Source: an uncultured Spirochaetota bacterium
GTDB lineage: Bacteria > Spirochaetota > Brevinematia > Brevinematales > JAOACQ01
DNA: 64,000 nucleotides
Direction: 5' to 3'
Assembly: GCA_963796325.1 (NCBI GenBank)
Contig: CAWCLF010000002.1
Coordinates: forward strand, 823-64,822
The first letter of the stretch is position 1. Every line of letters starts with the position of its first letter. The notes beneath the pieces are model-generated. The model worked only from the letters and a program-made list of their open reading frames with translations, was not told the origin of the DNA and made no database searches. Shown here one piece after another: positions 33,243 to 43,005 of the stretch. The translations under genes and the position numbers were made by a program.

Positions 33243-34271
33243 ATGTTCCTGGGTTTTACAGGGCCGAATGCGGCCGGAAAAGGCGAAGCCATCAAGTACC
33301 TGGTTGAAAAGAAAAAATTCATATCCTTTTCGCTATCCGACATACTCCGCGATGAGGCGAAAAGGCTCATGCTCGAACCTTCGCGGGACAATCTCATCAA
33401 TATAGGCAATGATCTCAGGGAAGCCGAAGGTCCGTCGGTACTCGCAAAACGTATCCTCACAAAGATCAAAAACCTTCCCCAGGCCATCGTAGACAGTATA
33501 AGAAATCCCTATGAAATAGAGGTATTGAGGAGCAATCTAAAGGATTTCAAACTGATCGGCATAACTGCAGACGTCCATCACAGGTTCGAAAGATCGATAA
33601 AACGCGGCAGGGTCGGGGACGGGGAAACACTCGAGGAATTTATCAATAAGGAAGAAAGGGAAAATTCCTCATCGGAGAAAGCCCAGCAGCTCAACAGGTG
33701 CTTCGAACTCGCCGATTACAAGATTGACAATTCCGGAAGCCTCAGTGCAGTTTACAAAAAACTTGATCAGATACTTCATGAATTGAATTACAAACCTTAT
33801 AAGAGGCTTTCATGGGACGAGTATTTCATGAAGATGGCCTTTCTTGTTGCAGAACGCTCGACATGCATACGCCACCATGTCGGAGCCCTCATTGTAAACG
33901 ACAATCACATAGTAAGCTCCGGCTATAACGGCTCGCCTTCAGGGATCAAAGACTGCATCGAGCTTGGATGCCTGAGGGACCAGATGGGTATTAAATCAGG
34001 CATGCAGCACGAAATATGCCGGGCAGTTCATGCCGAACAGAACGCAATAATACAGGCGGCTCTGCATGGAACCTCGACAAGCGGGGCTACCATTTATTCC
34101 ACCCATTCCCCTTGCATTATCTGCGCAAAAATGATAGTTAACGCCCGGATAAAGAGGTTCGTCGCAAGCATATATTATCCGGACAAAACCTTCGAGGACC
34201 TTTTCAGGGAGGCCGGGGTAAAAATCGAAATAATGGAAAAGCCCGATCTGGCAATTACATTCCTCGACTGA
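33243..34271 (+). CDS. P-loop nucleotide-kinase-like domain fused to dCMP deaminase
   Basis: GPNAAGKG, DSIRNPxE; C-terminal SWDEYFM, RSTC, GYNG, HAEQNA, SPCIIC. Confidence 0.9.
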   Translation: MFLGFTGPNAAGKGEAIKYLVEKKKFISFSLSDILRDEAKRLMLEPSRDNLINIGNDLREAEGPSVLAKRILTKIKNLPQAIVDSIRNPYEIEVLRSNLKDFKLIGITADVHHRFERSIKRGRVGDGETLEEFINKEERENSSSEKAQQLNRCFELADYKIDNSGSLSAVYKKLDQILHELNYKPYKRLSWDEYFMKMAFLVAERSTCIRHHVGALIVNDNHIVSSGYNGSPSGIKDCIELGCLRDQMGIKSGMQHEICRAVHAEQNAIIQAALHGTSTSGATIYSTHSPCIICAKMIVNARIKRFVASIYYPDKTFEDLFREAGVKIEIMEKPDLAITFLD

Positions 34272-34284
34272 TCCGGGAGCTTTT

Positions 34285-35781
34285 ATGCTGAAAGTGGAAC
34301 TTGCAGGCTATAATGTCGACGCATCTGTGCTCTTGACTCTCAGGGAAAAAGGATGGGACGGAAAGGATAATATTACCCCCGAAACCATCTCTGCGGCATA
34401 CGCAAGAATATCGAGGGATGAACGGAACGTAACGGAGCTCCGTGCGGAAGCCAGGGATGCTCTCGACAGGGCGAGAAAGTCCAACCAGAATATAGTCTTC
34501 AGGATGGGCCATCATTCCGTTGCCGAACATGCCTATCTCAATTTCGATATAATGGGCTTATCCAGGCTCGCTGTCGAAGCTCTCGAGGAATCCCGTTTAT
34601 GCTCTTTTACCGAAAAATCACAGCGTTATATCACTCTCAGGGGAGACACCGTCATTCCAGCCGAATTCGGCAGGGAAGAAGCTAAGATTTTCATGGAAAC
34701 CGTGAATAAGCAGGTCGAGGCCTACAGGAAGCTCTTCCCTCTTCTTCATGAATATCAAAAAATCAAGAATCCCGGCATGGCTGATTCAAAACAGGGTCAG
34801 AATACTATCGAAGGCTGGGCCAAAGAAGACGCCAGGTATGTCCTGTCAATGGCCACCGAGTGCCAGCTTGGATTTTCCGCTAATGCCCGCAACATCGAAT
34901 ATATCATAAGGAAACTCAAATACCATCCCCTTGCGGAAGCCAGGGAACTTTCAGAAAAACTTTTAAAATCTGCAAAAAAGGTCGTTCCGTCGCTTATAAT
35001 ACTGTCGGACCCCGAGGTTTTTAAAAAACAGACCGGCGCCGAAGTTTCGGACGGAATATTAAAAGAAGGAAGGGGAAACCTTAAACGTTTATCGCACGGC
35101 TATATTAAAAACGGCAGAACAGGAAATGAAAAAGATACTCTTCTTCTCTCCCATACCGCGGACCCGGATGCTCTGATCATAGCGTCCCTGCTCTTTTCGC
35201 CGGGTGGAGGAAGCTACAGCGAATGCCTGTCAACGGCAAAAGGGATGAATAAAAAGGAAAGAAAAGATTTTATGAAAGCGGTCTTTAAGGACCTGGGAGA
35301 GCATGACGAGCTTTTCAGGGAATTTGAAAACGCGGCCTTTCTTTTTGAAATTGTAATAAGTTCCAGCGCTTTTGCGCAGATGAAAAGACACAGGCTGATG
35401 ACCCTCATAAAACAGCCTTACGATACCGGGCTCGGGGTAACCATGCCTCCCTCGATCTCCGATATCGGAGAGGAGGATGCATTTTACCGCGTAATCAGGG
35501 AAACTGAAAAATCGTATCGAATTTTGAAACAAAATCATGAATACGCCGGAGATTATTTATTGACCAACGCCCACAGGAGGAGGATACTTATCAATATAAA
35601 CCTGAGGGAGATATATCACATGGCCAGGCTCCGCATGGATAAACATGCCCAATGGGATATAAGGAACGTAGCTACCGAAATCGTTGAAGCCGTGAAGAAA
35701 ACCGCGCCGGCTGCCGCAGCGCTTGCATGCGGAAAAGATTTATTTGAAGAAATTAAAAATAATTATTATATTAAAAAATAA
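34285..35781 (+). CDS. thyX: FAD-dependent thymidylate synthase, tandem double-domain type
   Basis: GHHSVAEH, SFTEKSQRY, EDARYVL; second domain KRHR, RLR..HAQWDIR. Confidence 0.9.
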   Translation: MLKVELAGYNVDASVLLTLREKGWDGKDNITPETISAAYARISRDERNVTELRAEARDALDRARKSNQNIVFRMGHHSVAEHAYLNFDIMGLSRLAVEALEESRLCSFTEKSQRYITLRGDTVIPAEFGREEAKIFMETVNKQVEAYRKLFPLLHEYQKIKNPGMADSKQGQNTIEGWAKEDARYVLSMATECQLGFSANARNIEYIIRKLKYHPLAEARELSEKLLKSAKKVVPSLIILSDPEVFKKQTGAEVSDGILKEGRGNLKRLSHGYIKNGRTGNEKDTLLLSHTADPDALIIASLLFSPGGGSYSECLSTAKGMNKKERKDFMKAVFKDLGEHDELFREFENAAFLFEIVISSSAFAQMKRHRLMTLIKQPYDTGLGVTMPPSISDIGEEDAFYRVIRETEKSYRILKQNHEYAGDYLLTNAHRRRILININLREIYHMARLRMDKHAQWDIRNVATEIVEAVKKTAPAAAALACGKDLFEEIKNNYYIKK

Positions 35782-35804
35782 TTGCTTTTTATGAGAGGCT
35801 GGTT

Positions 35805-36383
35805 ATGGATTTCGGATTTTTCAATACCCTTATCGGCAACCTTGACGGCGCTGTCAGCGCAATTAAAAGCGATAAAGACAGCATAAAGAAAAACAGGGAG
35901 AAAATATTCGATGCCCTGGAAGAGTTTTACTGCCTTGCAAGCTCGACATTGAACCTTGTAATGGTCCGCCTGACGAACATGCTCAAGCAGAACGAAGGCG
36001 ACGAATTCGTATCCGAATTCTCGAAGCTCGGGAAACCTGAAGAGTGGCTGAAAGCACAGAATAACTTCAAATTCTGCAATTCCATCATGAAAATGAAAAC
36101 AGATGCATACGACGTCATAAGCACTCCTTCGAATTCCGCAGACTCGCGTAAATGGAAATCTTACCTTGTAAAGGTCAACGAAGTCTTTACCGATGAAGAT
36201 GCCCTTGCTCTGTTCCTGTCAGGCAAATTCTCGGTTTACTTCAGTTCCGTAAAAAAAGAAGGACTGGATGTCAGCAATCCGGATTCGGCAAGGAAGCTTG
36301 TGTTCGACCTGCGCAATCTCCTGAAAAACGAAAGAAGAATGCTCATCACGCAGGAAAGCAAATTCATATCGTCCATATCGTAA
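35805..36383 (+). CDS. Hypothetical helical protein
   Basis: 192-aa ORF with RBS GAGAGG, co-oriented with thyX; no motif recognised. Confidence 0.65.
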   Translation: MDFGFFNTLIGNLDGAVSAIKSDKDSIKKNREKIFDALEEFYCLASSTLNLVMVRLTNMLKQNEGDEFVSEFSKLGKPEEWLKAQNNFKFCNSIMKMKTDAYDVISTPSNSADSRKWKSYLVKVNEVFTDEDALALFLSGKFSVYFSSVKKEGLDVSNPDSARKLVFDLRNLLKNERRMLITQESKFISSIS

Positions 36384-36488
36384 AGGAATCATTCTTCCCG
36401 GTTTCATAAGATAAATCATCCTTTAAGAATGACTTTTCAAATTTGTTTCAATATAATATTGAGAATGCCGGAGTTAAAGGGTTAGAAT

Positions 36489-37043
36489 ATGGAACAAAAT
36501 TTCGAGCAAATTTGGGAGAGTTTCGGGGGAAGAATAAGGGCTTTTATTTACCATAAAATATCAAACCGTTCCGATATAGACGATATTCTTCAGGAAGTTT
36601 TTTTAAAAATCCATTTGAATATTGATAACCTTAATGATCAGTCAAAGCTTCATGGCTGGATATACCGCATAGCGAAGAATACGATAATAGATTATTACAG
36701 GAAAAGGAAAAAAGGGATCTGCAATATCGATGATATTGAGATCGGATTTGAAAATAAAGAAGAAAGCCCGGAAGATGAAATAGCCTCAGGTTTGAGAAAC
36801 ATGATCGAAGCCCTGCCCGAAAAATATGCCAAGGCGCTTCTTTTAACCGAATTTCATGGATTTTCAAATATCGAACTGGCTGAAAAACTGGGTATTTCAG
36901 TATCGGGCGTCAAATCGCGCGTTCAGAGGGGACGCAAATTGCTCAGGGATGCCCTTATGAAATGCTGCCATTTTGAATTCGACCGTTTCGGAACAATTTT
37001 CGACTTCCACCCGGCCACATGCTGTTGCTGTAATATATCTTAA
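36489..37043 (+). CDS. sigZ: ECF RNA polymerase sigma factor, SigZ family
   Basis: DDILQEVFLK, WIYRIAKNTIIDYYRK, SGVKSRVQRGR..L..CCHFEFD..G. Confidence 0.88.
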   Translation: MEQNFEQIWESFGGRIRAFIYHKISNRSDIDDILQEVFLKIHLNIDNLNDQSKLHGWIYRIAKNTIIDYYRKRKKGICNIDDIEIGFENKEESPEDEIASGLRNMIEALPEKYAKALLLTEFHGFSNIELAEKLGISVSGVKSRVQRGRKLLRDALMKCCHFEFDRFGTIFDFHPATCCCCNIS

Positions 37044-37159
37044 AAAATGAATTAGGCATCCGGAGCTTCCTATCAACTTTATGGCAGAGGCGCCATTGCA
37101 GTCAGTTAACCGCATTTTCAAATCAGGAATATGCTTGAAAAATATTTTTCCAAAAACCC

Positions 37160-37209
37160 TTGACTTATTACTACGATTGTAGTATATTAATAGTACTACG
37201 TATGTAGTA
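37160..37209 (+). promoter_or_regulatory. Sigma70 promoter overlapped by two TACTAC-N4-GTAGTA operators (BlaI/CopY-like)
   Basis: TTGACT-17nt-TATATT; palindromes 37169-37184 and 37194-37209. Confidence 0.7.
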
Positions 37210-37387
37210 TAAAAGAGAACTCAGTTAAATCCTTTTCATAGGAGGTTGTTTTAGGGTCTCTATTCCATGGGAAGTTTCCTTATATCTTCCCATGGATAAT
37301 GTCTTTATTTCTTTATTAGTTATTTTATGAGAGAAGCATAGATAATTAATAAGAAAAGTCCTCTTCATCAAAAAGTTTCTGCTAAAT

Positions 37388-37434
37388 AACAGGCGGTAAT
37401 GCGATTACCCTCCCGCGAATGCCGCCTGTTTTTT
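37388..37434 (+). terminator. Intrinsic terminator (possibly bidirectional)
   Basis: AACAGGCGG...CCGCCTGTT followed by TTTT. Confidence 0.7.
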
Positions 37435-37483
37435 ATTGATCCTATTCCTTAAAATTCAATCCCGAATCCGCCGAGAGGCATTA

Positions 37484-38836
37484 TTAACGCGACGTGATAT
37501 AATCGGAGTAATTGACTGTATAACCGTTCTGCAGTATAACCTTTACTTTTACCCTTCCCGATATGTTTTCGGGGACCTGGCTTGTCCAGGTCATGCCCGG
37601 TTTCAATGAAAAATCCATCGTGTCCGTACTGGCTGCATCTGAAATTTGAACTTTGCCGCCCGATATTTCACTTTTCGAAGAATTGTAAAGTTTCAGAAGA
37701 ATATCCGGATGCTCGATACTTATATCCAAAGGATCCTTGATCCTGATTAAGACAAGCGAAGTGTTTTTGTCTTTCGGCTCCCCGGATTCGGACCGGTAAA
37801 AGAGGTATATATTGGTTTGGCCGGTGTAAACCGGAATTTTAACGGGAATTTGAATGCTTTCCTGGTTCGAGGAAAACTTGTTATCCCCGGCTATTTCCCA
37901 ATTCAGAGGCAGATCGAAACCGACTATTCCGCTTTTCGCCAAGTCCTTTTTATCACGATGTAAATTTAAAACCGGCATTTCTTCCGGATAAATATCGATC
38001 TCGTTGTCTGCCGCTTTAAAAAGCGGATCGGTGTAATTGAACATGCATTTATAGAGGAACATGGATATATGAGAAACTGTTCCGTAAAAGAAATCCTGCG
38101 ATTCTCCAAGCCCTCCGCCTTCCAATATGCCATGTCCCATGCCTTTTAAAGTATAGAGTTCGTTGAAAATACCGCTGCCGGTTAATATCCCGGCAAAATC
38201 TACGCTGTTCTGGTACGGTACGAGCTGGTCTTCATCGCCATGTATCAGAATAGTCGGAGTGCGGGTAAGCTTGAACATCGGGAATGAAAATGAACCGTAA
38301 ATGCTTATGATCGCAAAGAGTCCGCTTTTATCCGGAAAGTTGTGGGCGATCATGCCCCCGGCCGAAGTTCCGCCCAGAGCTATCAAATCCGTGTTTATCC
38401 TGTACTTCCGGCTGTTTTCTTTTACCCAGTCTATTGCATGCCCTGTATCTTCGAAAGCGTCGCCGATGGTTTTAGGCCAGTTCAATTCCGGATGTTCTTT
38501 CAAACGGTAATTAAAGGAAACGACTATATAACCCCTCTTTGCAAAAGACTCCGCCAGGGCTGAAACCTGGGTTTTATCGCCGATGTAAAAACCTCCCCCG
38601 TGAGCGAGTATAATTACAGGCCTGGCCGCGATGGCATCTTTTGCCGGCTGATACAGATCCAATGTAAGATTCGTGTCGCCGGTGTAATAAACAATGTCTT
38701 TTTCCACTTCGATTTTATCAAAAACCGGTACAAGATAACGCAGATTTTCATCTGCATTATTCAATGTAAAACCGTTAGAAGAAAAATTTAAAGCGGCTGC
38801 GGCAGTTAAAATCAAATTAAAAAAGATTCTGGCCAT
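37484..38836 (-). CDS. Secreted alpha/beta hydrolase (esterase) with C-terminal extension
   Basis: LDLYQP, HGGGF, GTSAGG, HGDED..VP, GH. Confidence 0.85.
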   Translation of the reverse strand: MARIFFNLILTAAAALNFSSNGFTLNNADENLRYLVPVFDKIEVEKDIVYYTGDTNLTLDLYQPAKDAIAARPVIILAHGGGFYIGDKTQVSALAESFAKRGYIVVSFNYRLKEHPELNWPKTIGDAFEDTGHAIDWVKENSRKYRINTDLIALGGTSAGGMIAHNFPDKSGLFAIISIYGSFSFPMFKLTRTPTILIHGDEDQLVPYQNSVDFAGILTGSGIFNELYTLKGMGHGILEGGGLGESQDFFYGTVSHISMFLYKCMFNYTDPLFKAADNEIDIYPEEMPVLNLHRDKKDLAKSGIVGFDLPLNWEIAGDNKFSSNQESIQIPVKIPVYTGQTNIYLFYRSESGEPKDKNTSLVLIRIKDPLDISIEHPDILLKLYNSSKSEISGGKVQISDAASTDTMDFSLKPGMTWTSQVPENISGRVKVKVILQNGYTVNYSDYITSR

Positions 38837-38855
38837 TATGCGTCTCCTTTATTTA

Positions 38856-39108
38856 TAAGGGTGGTTCCCTTAGGGCCCTGAAGGTTCCTAAGGACCTAAG
38901 GGCTAAAAACCCACCCTTACGGGTACAAGGGCTTTTTAAAAAAGTACAGATTACAGAAGTCAATAATTCCGCCCTATGGGCCTTGGTGCACTTGTGCCCG
39001 AAGGGTATGTCCTTGGGCCAGGCCCCAAGACAGGTGCACTACTTTGCCGAGCCAAATCCTGAGCCAGAGGCTCAGGACGAAGGCGAGGTTATTGGAAGTG
39101 CCCATAAG
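38856..39108. repeat. Palindrome-rich intergenic MITE/REP-like cluster, copy 2
   Basis: Nested inverted repeats; shares CTAAAAACCCAyCCTTACGGG, GTGCACTTGTGCCCG and GAAGTGCCCATAAG with 50285-50330 (direct or reverse complement). Confidence 0.65.
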
Positions 39109-39112
39109 CTTT

Positions 39113-41431
39113 TTAAAATTCTATCCTCAGCCCCGCCAGAGGGATAAGAGGCAGGTCCCTTTCCGCCGTCTGTACAAGCTGCCCGTCTTTCACTGAATAA
39201 GAATAATCTATTACATTCTGGAGGTCGAGAACATTCAGCACCTGTATGTAAACATACCCTTGGGCATTCGGCCCGAGAAGCCATGTCATGAACCCTAATC
39301 CGAAAGGTATCGTCAGTTTTACATCCAGCCTTACATACCATGGCGTGTATTGACTGTCATATGCGCCCTGGGTGAAATAATATTGAGTATTTCCGTTCAC
39401 GGTTGCCTGTATAAAATTCGTATCGGGAGTATACGGCTTCCCGCTCATAGCCGACAATTCGAAAGACAGCTTCCATTCGTTCATAAAATCGAGAAAAAAA
39501 GCCGAATCCGGATTTTTATAGTATGTCAATTCCGTTATGGCCGATATGGTGTGGGCCCTCAGGTAATTCGGCACAAACCAGGAATCCTGGGGAACCCCGT
39601 AAGGGCTCGAAGGGTCTTCAGCAGAACGGGAAGTTATCTCCTCGGCGCCGTAAACATATGTATACGCTATCCAGCCCGACAGCCATTCGCCCTTTCTCTG
39701 CTTTTTCTGAAGGTAAATATCGCCGCCGTAAACGTTCCTGATGCCGTTGTTGTTGTAATGAACGACGGAATCGTTCTCCCAGAGGCCGTAATAATACTTA
39801 TAAAAACCTTCGGCACGCAGTAAATAGTCGCCGCTCGAGTACTCCGTCCCTCCTATCAGGTGCCAGACCTTTTCGCTTGAGAGGCCCGGGTTTCCCATGT
39901 TGCTGTCATTATAGGTAATACTGAGCGGAAAGAGATGGTACAATCCTCCCCGCAGGTAGAAATCGAGGTCTTTAGTAGTTTCCCATTTTATTCCCGCCTG
40001 AGGGTTAAACGCATTTTCGCCGTTCAGGGTATAGTATTCGTCCCTTCCGCCCCCTTCGACTATTATCGAGGGAAATATCTCCCAGTTATCCATAAGGTAA
40101 GTGCTGTAATATCCTATATTCATCGAGCTGTAATTGCGGTTCAGGGCGTAATTGTTGGTCCATACCCCCTGGGCATTGAGGGAGTAATTCGACTCGACGA
40201 TAGATGAATCCGGGCCGCTGCTGAAGAAACCTATCTGCCCGCCGGCCTGGATCTTGTGCCCTTTGATAGAATTCAAAAAATAGTCCATACTGGCCTGGTA
40301 CAAATACTGGCTTATATTGTCGTCGATAACGAAGGTCGGACTTCCGGCAATCTGGTCCTTGTCATACTGAGGACTGACGCCTAAAACAGCATCGAAGGCA
40401 TCGCCCGAATCGAACCTGTGAGTATATTTCATACTGCCTATGAGGTTTATCTCCTGGTAACTGAAAGAAATCGGCAGATTGGGCGGGTTCCATTTCAAAC
40501 CCTCCATCGAACCGTACAGGTCGAATGAAAGGTTGTCGATATGCGTTATATCCCAGTCAAGCTTCAATATTCCGTCCCATAGATAGGGCACCTGGACTCC
40601 GGTCAGAGAGCCCGGCGGAAGCAGGAGAGGAAGATAAATTTCGTAATAAGTTCTTCTCATATCGAACATGACCGTCAAGTTCGAGGACAGCGGACCTTCC
40701 AGGAGCATCTCTGCGGAGATAAATGAAACATCGACAAAACCCTTAAGCCTGTCCTTGTTCCCGTTCAGGGTATCGACCACAATCACGCCGGAAAGGCCCT
40801 GGCCGTATTCGGCCGGATACCCTGCGGTGTAAAGATCGATGCTGTCGATAACATAGGGGTTGAACATGGAGAGAAGCCCTCCCCAGCGTGTGGGGTTAAT
40901 AATGAAGATACCGTCCATATATGCTATCCATTCGTTCTGGTCGCCTCCCTGTATGTACATTCTGCTGTCGAAAGTGCCTCCGCCGGACGATACGCCGGGC
41001 ATCAGCTGCAGGGTTTTAACGGCGTCATTCATCAAAAGCTGTGTATTCGCCCCGAGCTCCTCCTTTTTCATAGTTGTTTCCGTAGAAACCTTTCCCCTGT
41101 CTTTTTTGGATTCAACGGTTATCTCGCCCAGCGAATACGCGACCTCTTTAAGCCTGATCTGCATATCAAGGTCCCCGTTTATCTCGACGGTGTTGCTGTA
41201 TTTTTCATAGCCCGGCAGTACTGCAAATATCGTGTATTTACCGTTATGTAAATTATTGAAAAGGACGATTCCCCTCTCGGAGGTAATAAGGCTGGCTTTA
41301 AGTTCCGGGATAACAACCGTTGCATCCTCGAGTGGAACTTTCCCGTCTGTTACCTTGACTGTGAGGCTGGCGGCGAATGCCGCAATGTTAAAAGCCGAAA
41401 TCAGTGCAGAAACCGCAAGAATTCTCTTCAT
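39113..41431 (-). CDS. TonB-dependent receptor with N-terminal carboxypeptidase-regulatory-like domain
   Basis: Signal peptide; LQLMPGV, QGG..N...DG, GYPAEYG.GLSGV plug motifs; C-terminal IEF. Confidence 0.9.
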   Translation of the reverse strand: MKRILAVSALISAFNIAAFAASLTVKVTDGKVPLEDATVVIPELKASLITSERGIVLFNNLHNGKYTIFAVLPGYEKYSNTVEINGDLDMQIRLKEVAYSLGEITVESKKDRGKVSTETTMKKEELGANTQLLMNDAVKTLQLMPGVSSGGGTFDSRMYIQGGDQNEWIAYMDGIFIINPTRWGGLLSMFNPYVIDSIDLYTAGYPAEYGQGLSGVIVVDTLNGNKDRLKGFVDVSFISAEMLLEGPLSSNLTVMFDMRRTYYEIYLPLLLPPGSLTGVQVPYLWDGILKLDWDITHIDNLSFDLYGSMEGLKWNPPNLPISFSYQEINLIGSMKYTHRFDSGDAFDAVLGVSPQYDKDQIAGSPTFVIDDNISQYLYQASMDYFLNSIKGHKIQAGGQIGFFSSGPDSSIVESNYSLNAQGVWTNNYALNRNYSSMNIGYYSTYLMDNWEIFPSIIVEGGGRDEYYTLNGENAFNPQAGIKWETTKDLDFYLRGGLYHLFPLSITYNDSNMGNPGLSSEKVWHLIGGTEYSSGDYLLRAEGFYKYYYGLWENDSVVHYNNNGIRNVYGGDIYLQKKQRKGEWLSGWIAYTYVYGAEEITSRSAEDPSSPYGVPQDSWFVPNYLRAHTISAITELTYYKNPDSAFFLDFMNEWKLSFELSAMSGKPYTPDTNFIQATVNGNTQYYFTQGAYDSQYTPWYVRLDVKLTIPFGLGFMTWLLGPNAQGYVYIQVLNVLDLQNVIDYSYSVKDGQLVQTAERDLPLIPLAGLRIEF

Positions 41432-41541
41432 CAATAATCCTCTAAGATGTCATGTCAATGTTCGATATTATATTTGGAAGTTTACATGATGTCAAAGTAA
41501 ACCGGCAGGTTTATTAACAGATAATTGTCCCGGAGACTGAT

Positions 41542-41952
41542 TTATTTCCTTTTTTTCACCGGAATGACAAGCTTGAGGCCCGACCAGGTTTCATCAATGG
41601 CGCAGACTTTTATATCCACGAGCCCGGCCTGCAGGGCCAGTTCCCTTATGATATTTTCATCTACATCGGTCTTTATTTTAGACGATTTCTTCGGCCAGGA
41701 AACCCAGATCATGCCGTCGCTTGATATCAGGTCCTTTAAACTCATAATCATCCCCTGCAATACGGCTTTTTCCTTTATGAAAATGTGCATGAAATCCACA
41801 GGGCATTCTTTTAATCTGCAAAGAGTAACGTTATCGAGCTCTTCACCCAGCATGGCCCAGTAATTTTGCGGTGCGTCGATAATCGTGATTCTCGACCCGT
41901 TCCTGATCCCGAGTTTCCTTACGAGGCTTTCATCCTTTAAGTCCGGCTGCAT
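41542..41952 (-). CDS. DUF3052 family protein
   Basis: LxRKLGI, GMIWVSWPKKSSK, GLVDIKVCAIDETWSGLK. Confidence 0.85.
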   Translation of the reverse strand: MQPDLKDESLVRKLGIRNGSRITIIDAPQNYWAMLGEELDNVTLCRLKECPVDFMHIFIKEKAVLQGMIMSLKDLISSDGMIWVSWPKKSSKIKTDVDENIIRELALQAGLVDIKVCAIDETWSGLKLVIPVKKRK

Positions 41953-42060
41953 AAAAACACCCTCTCTACATATTTAATATAATAAAAAAAAGTTAAAATT
42001 CAAATAAACATATTGAAGTTTTTACAGCGGCAGGATACAATATCACCGGGAGATGTTTCA

Positions 42061-42999
42061 ATGAAAACCGGAACCCTGGTTTTAGGCTTTATCCTCATTG
42101 CAGCCGTATTATTATCCATGATTTTACTGATCGCACAGTTCAATATCAGGCATTACGGGAAAATAACTGAAAATGCCGTCTGGAATATTTCTAAAGGGGA
42201 CGAAGGCAGAATAATCGATGAATGGCATAAATACAGCGGCAGGATAGATATGCTTGCAGCACTTATGAAGAGATGCGGGGCCGGCGAAGAAGCGGTAAGA
42301 GCTATGAAAATGACCGGCGGGGAAGGATACCTGTCGAACATTACAAAGATCGACGGCGTCGATATCGCCCTTTTCATTATTCCCTCGAGGGCAAATAACA
42401 ATATGGTAAAATGCCTTGTCAACGGAAGGCCCCCGCTGATATCGCTTGAAAATATGATAAGCGATTATAAAATAGATATTAAAAAAGATCCGGCATATAA
42501 AGATATCGAAGCTGTTTACCCGAAAGCGGATATATGGGCCGAATCCGGCAGGATAACATTAATACGAAAAATAAAGAATGAAAAGGGATTGTTTTTAACG
42601 TTCGATTACCCGCTCCTGAACGGTTATCATGCCGCGGAGGAGGCCGGACAGGCGGAGGTCGAAGTCGATTTTGACAAAAAAAATAATTTGAAGGAAGTAA
42701 AATTAATCAAACTCCTGGGGCCGGGCGGGTCGATGCCTGGAGGTTATTCCGATGCTGATCTTGAAGATGAAGACGTTGCAAAGGCTTATGCTTACGCTGT
42801 AAGCAGTCCGGACGTCAAAAAATACGAACCTTCCGGGATTATTTCCGCATCGCGCCAGGTCGTCGCAGGTCTTAATTACAGGCTGACTGCAGAGGCGAAA
42901 AAAACTCCCGGCGGTAAACCTGTTATACTGGAAATCATCGTTTACAGGGACCTCAAGGACAATTACAGGATCACTTCCATTAAAGAAACCGGAGAATAA
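42061..42999 (+). CDS. Membrane-anchored protein with C-terminal cystatin-like domain
   Basis: N-terminal TM; C-terminal PGGYS...RQVVAGLNY (QxVxG). Confidence 0.7.
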   Translation: MKTGTLVLGFILIAAVLLSMILLIAQFNIRHYGKITENAVWNISKGDEGRIIDEWHKYSGRIDMLAALMKRCGAGEEAVRAMKMTGGEGYLSNITKIDGVDIALFIIPSRANNNMVKCLVNGRPPLISLENMISDYKIDIKKDPAYKDIEAVYPKADIWAESGRITLIRKIKNEKGLFLTFDYPLLNGYHAAEEAGQAEVEVDFDKKNNLKEVKLIKLLGPGGSMPGGYSDADLEDEDVAKAYAYAVSSPDVKKYEPSGIISASRQVVAGLNYRLTAEAKKTPGGKPVILEIIVYRDLKDNYRITSIKETGE

Positions 43000-43005
43000 T
43001 AAATT

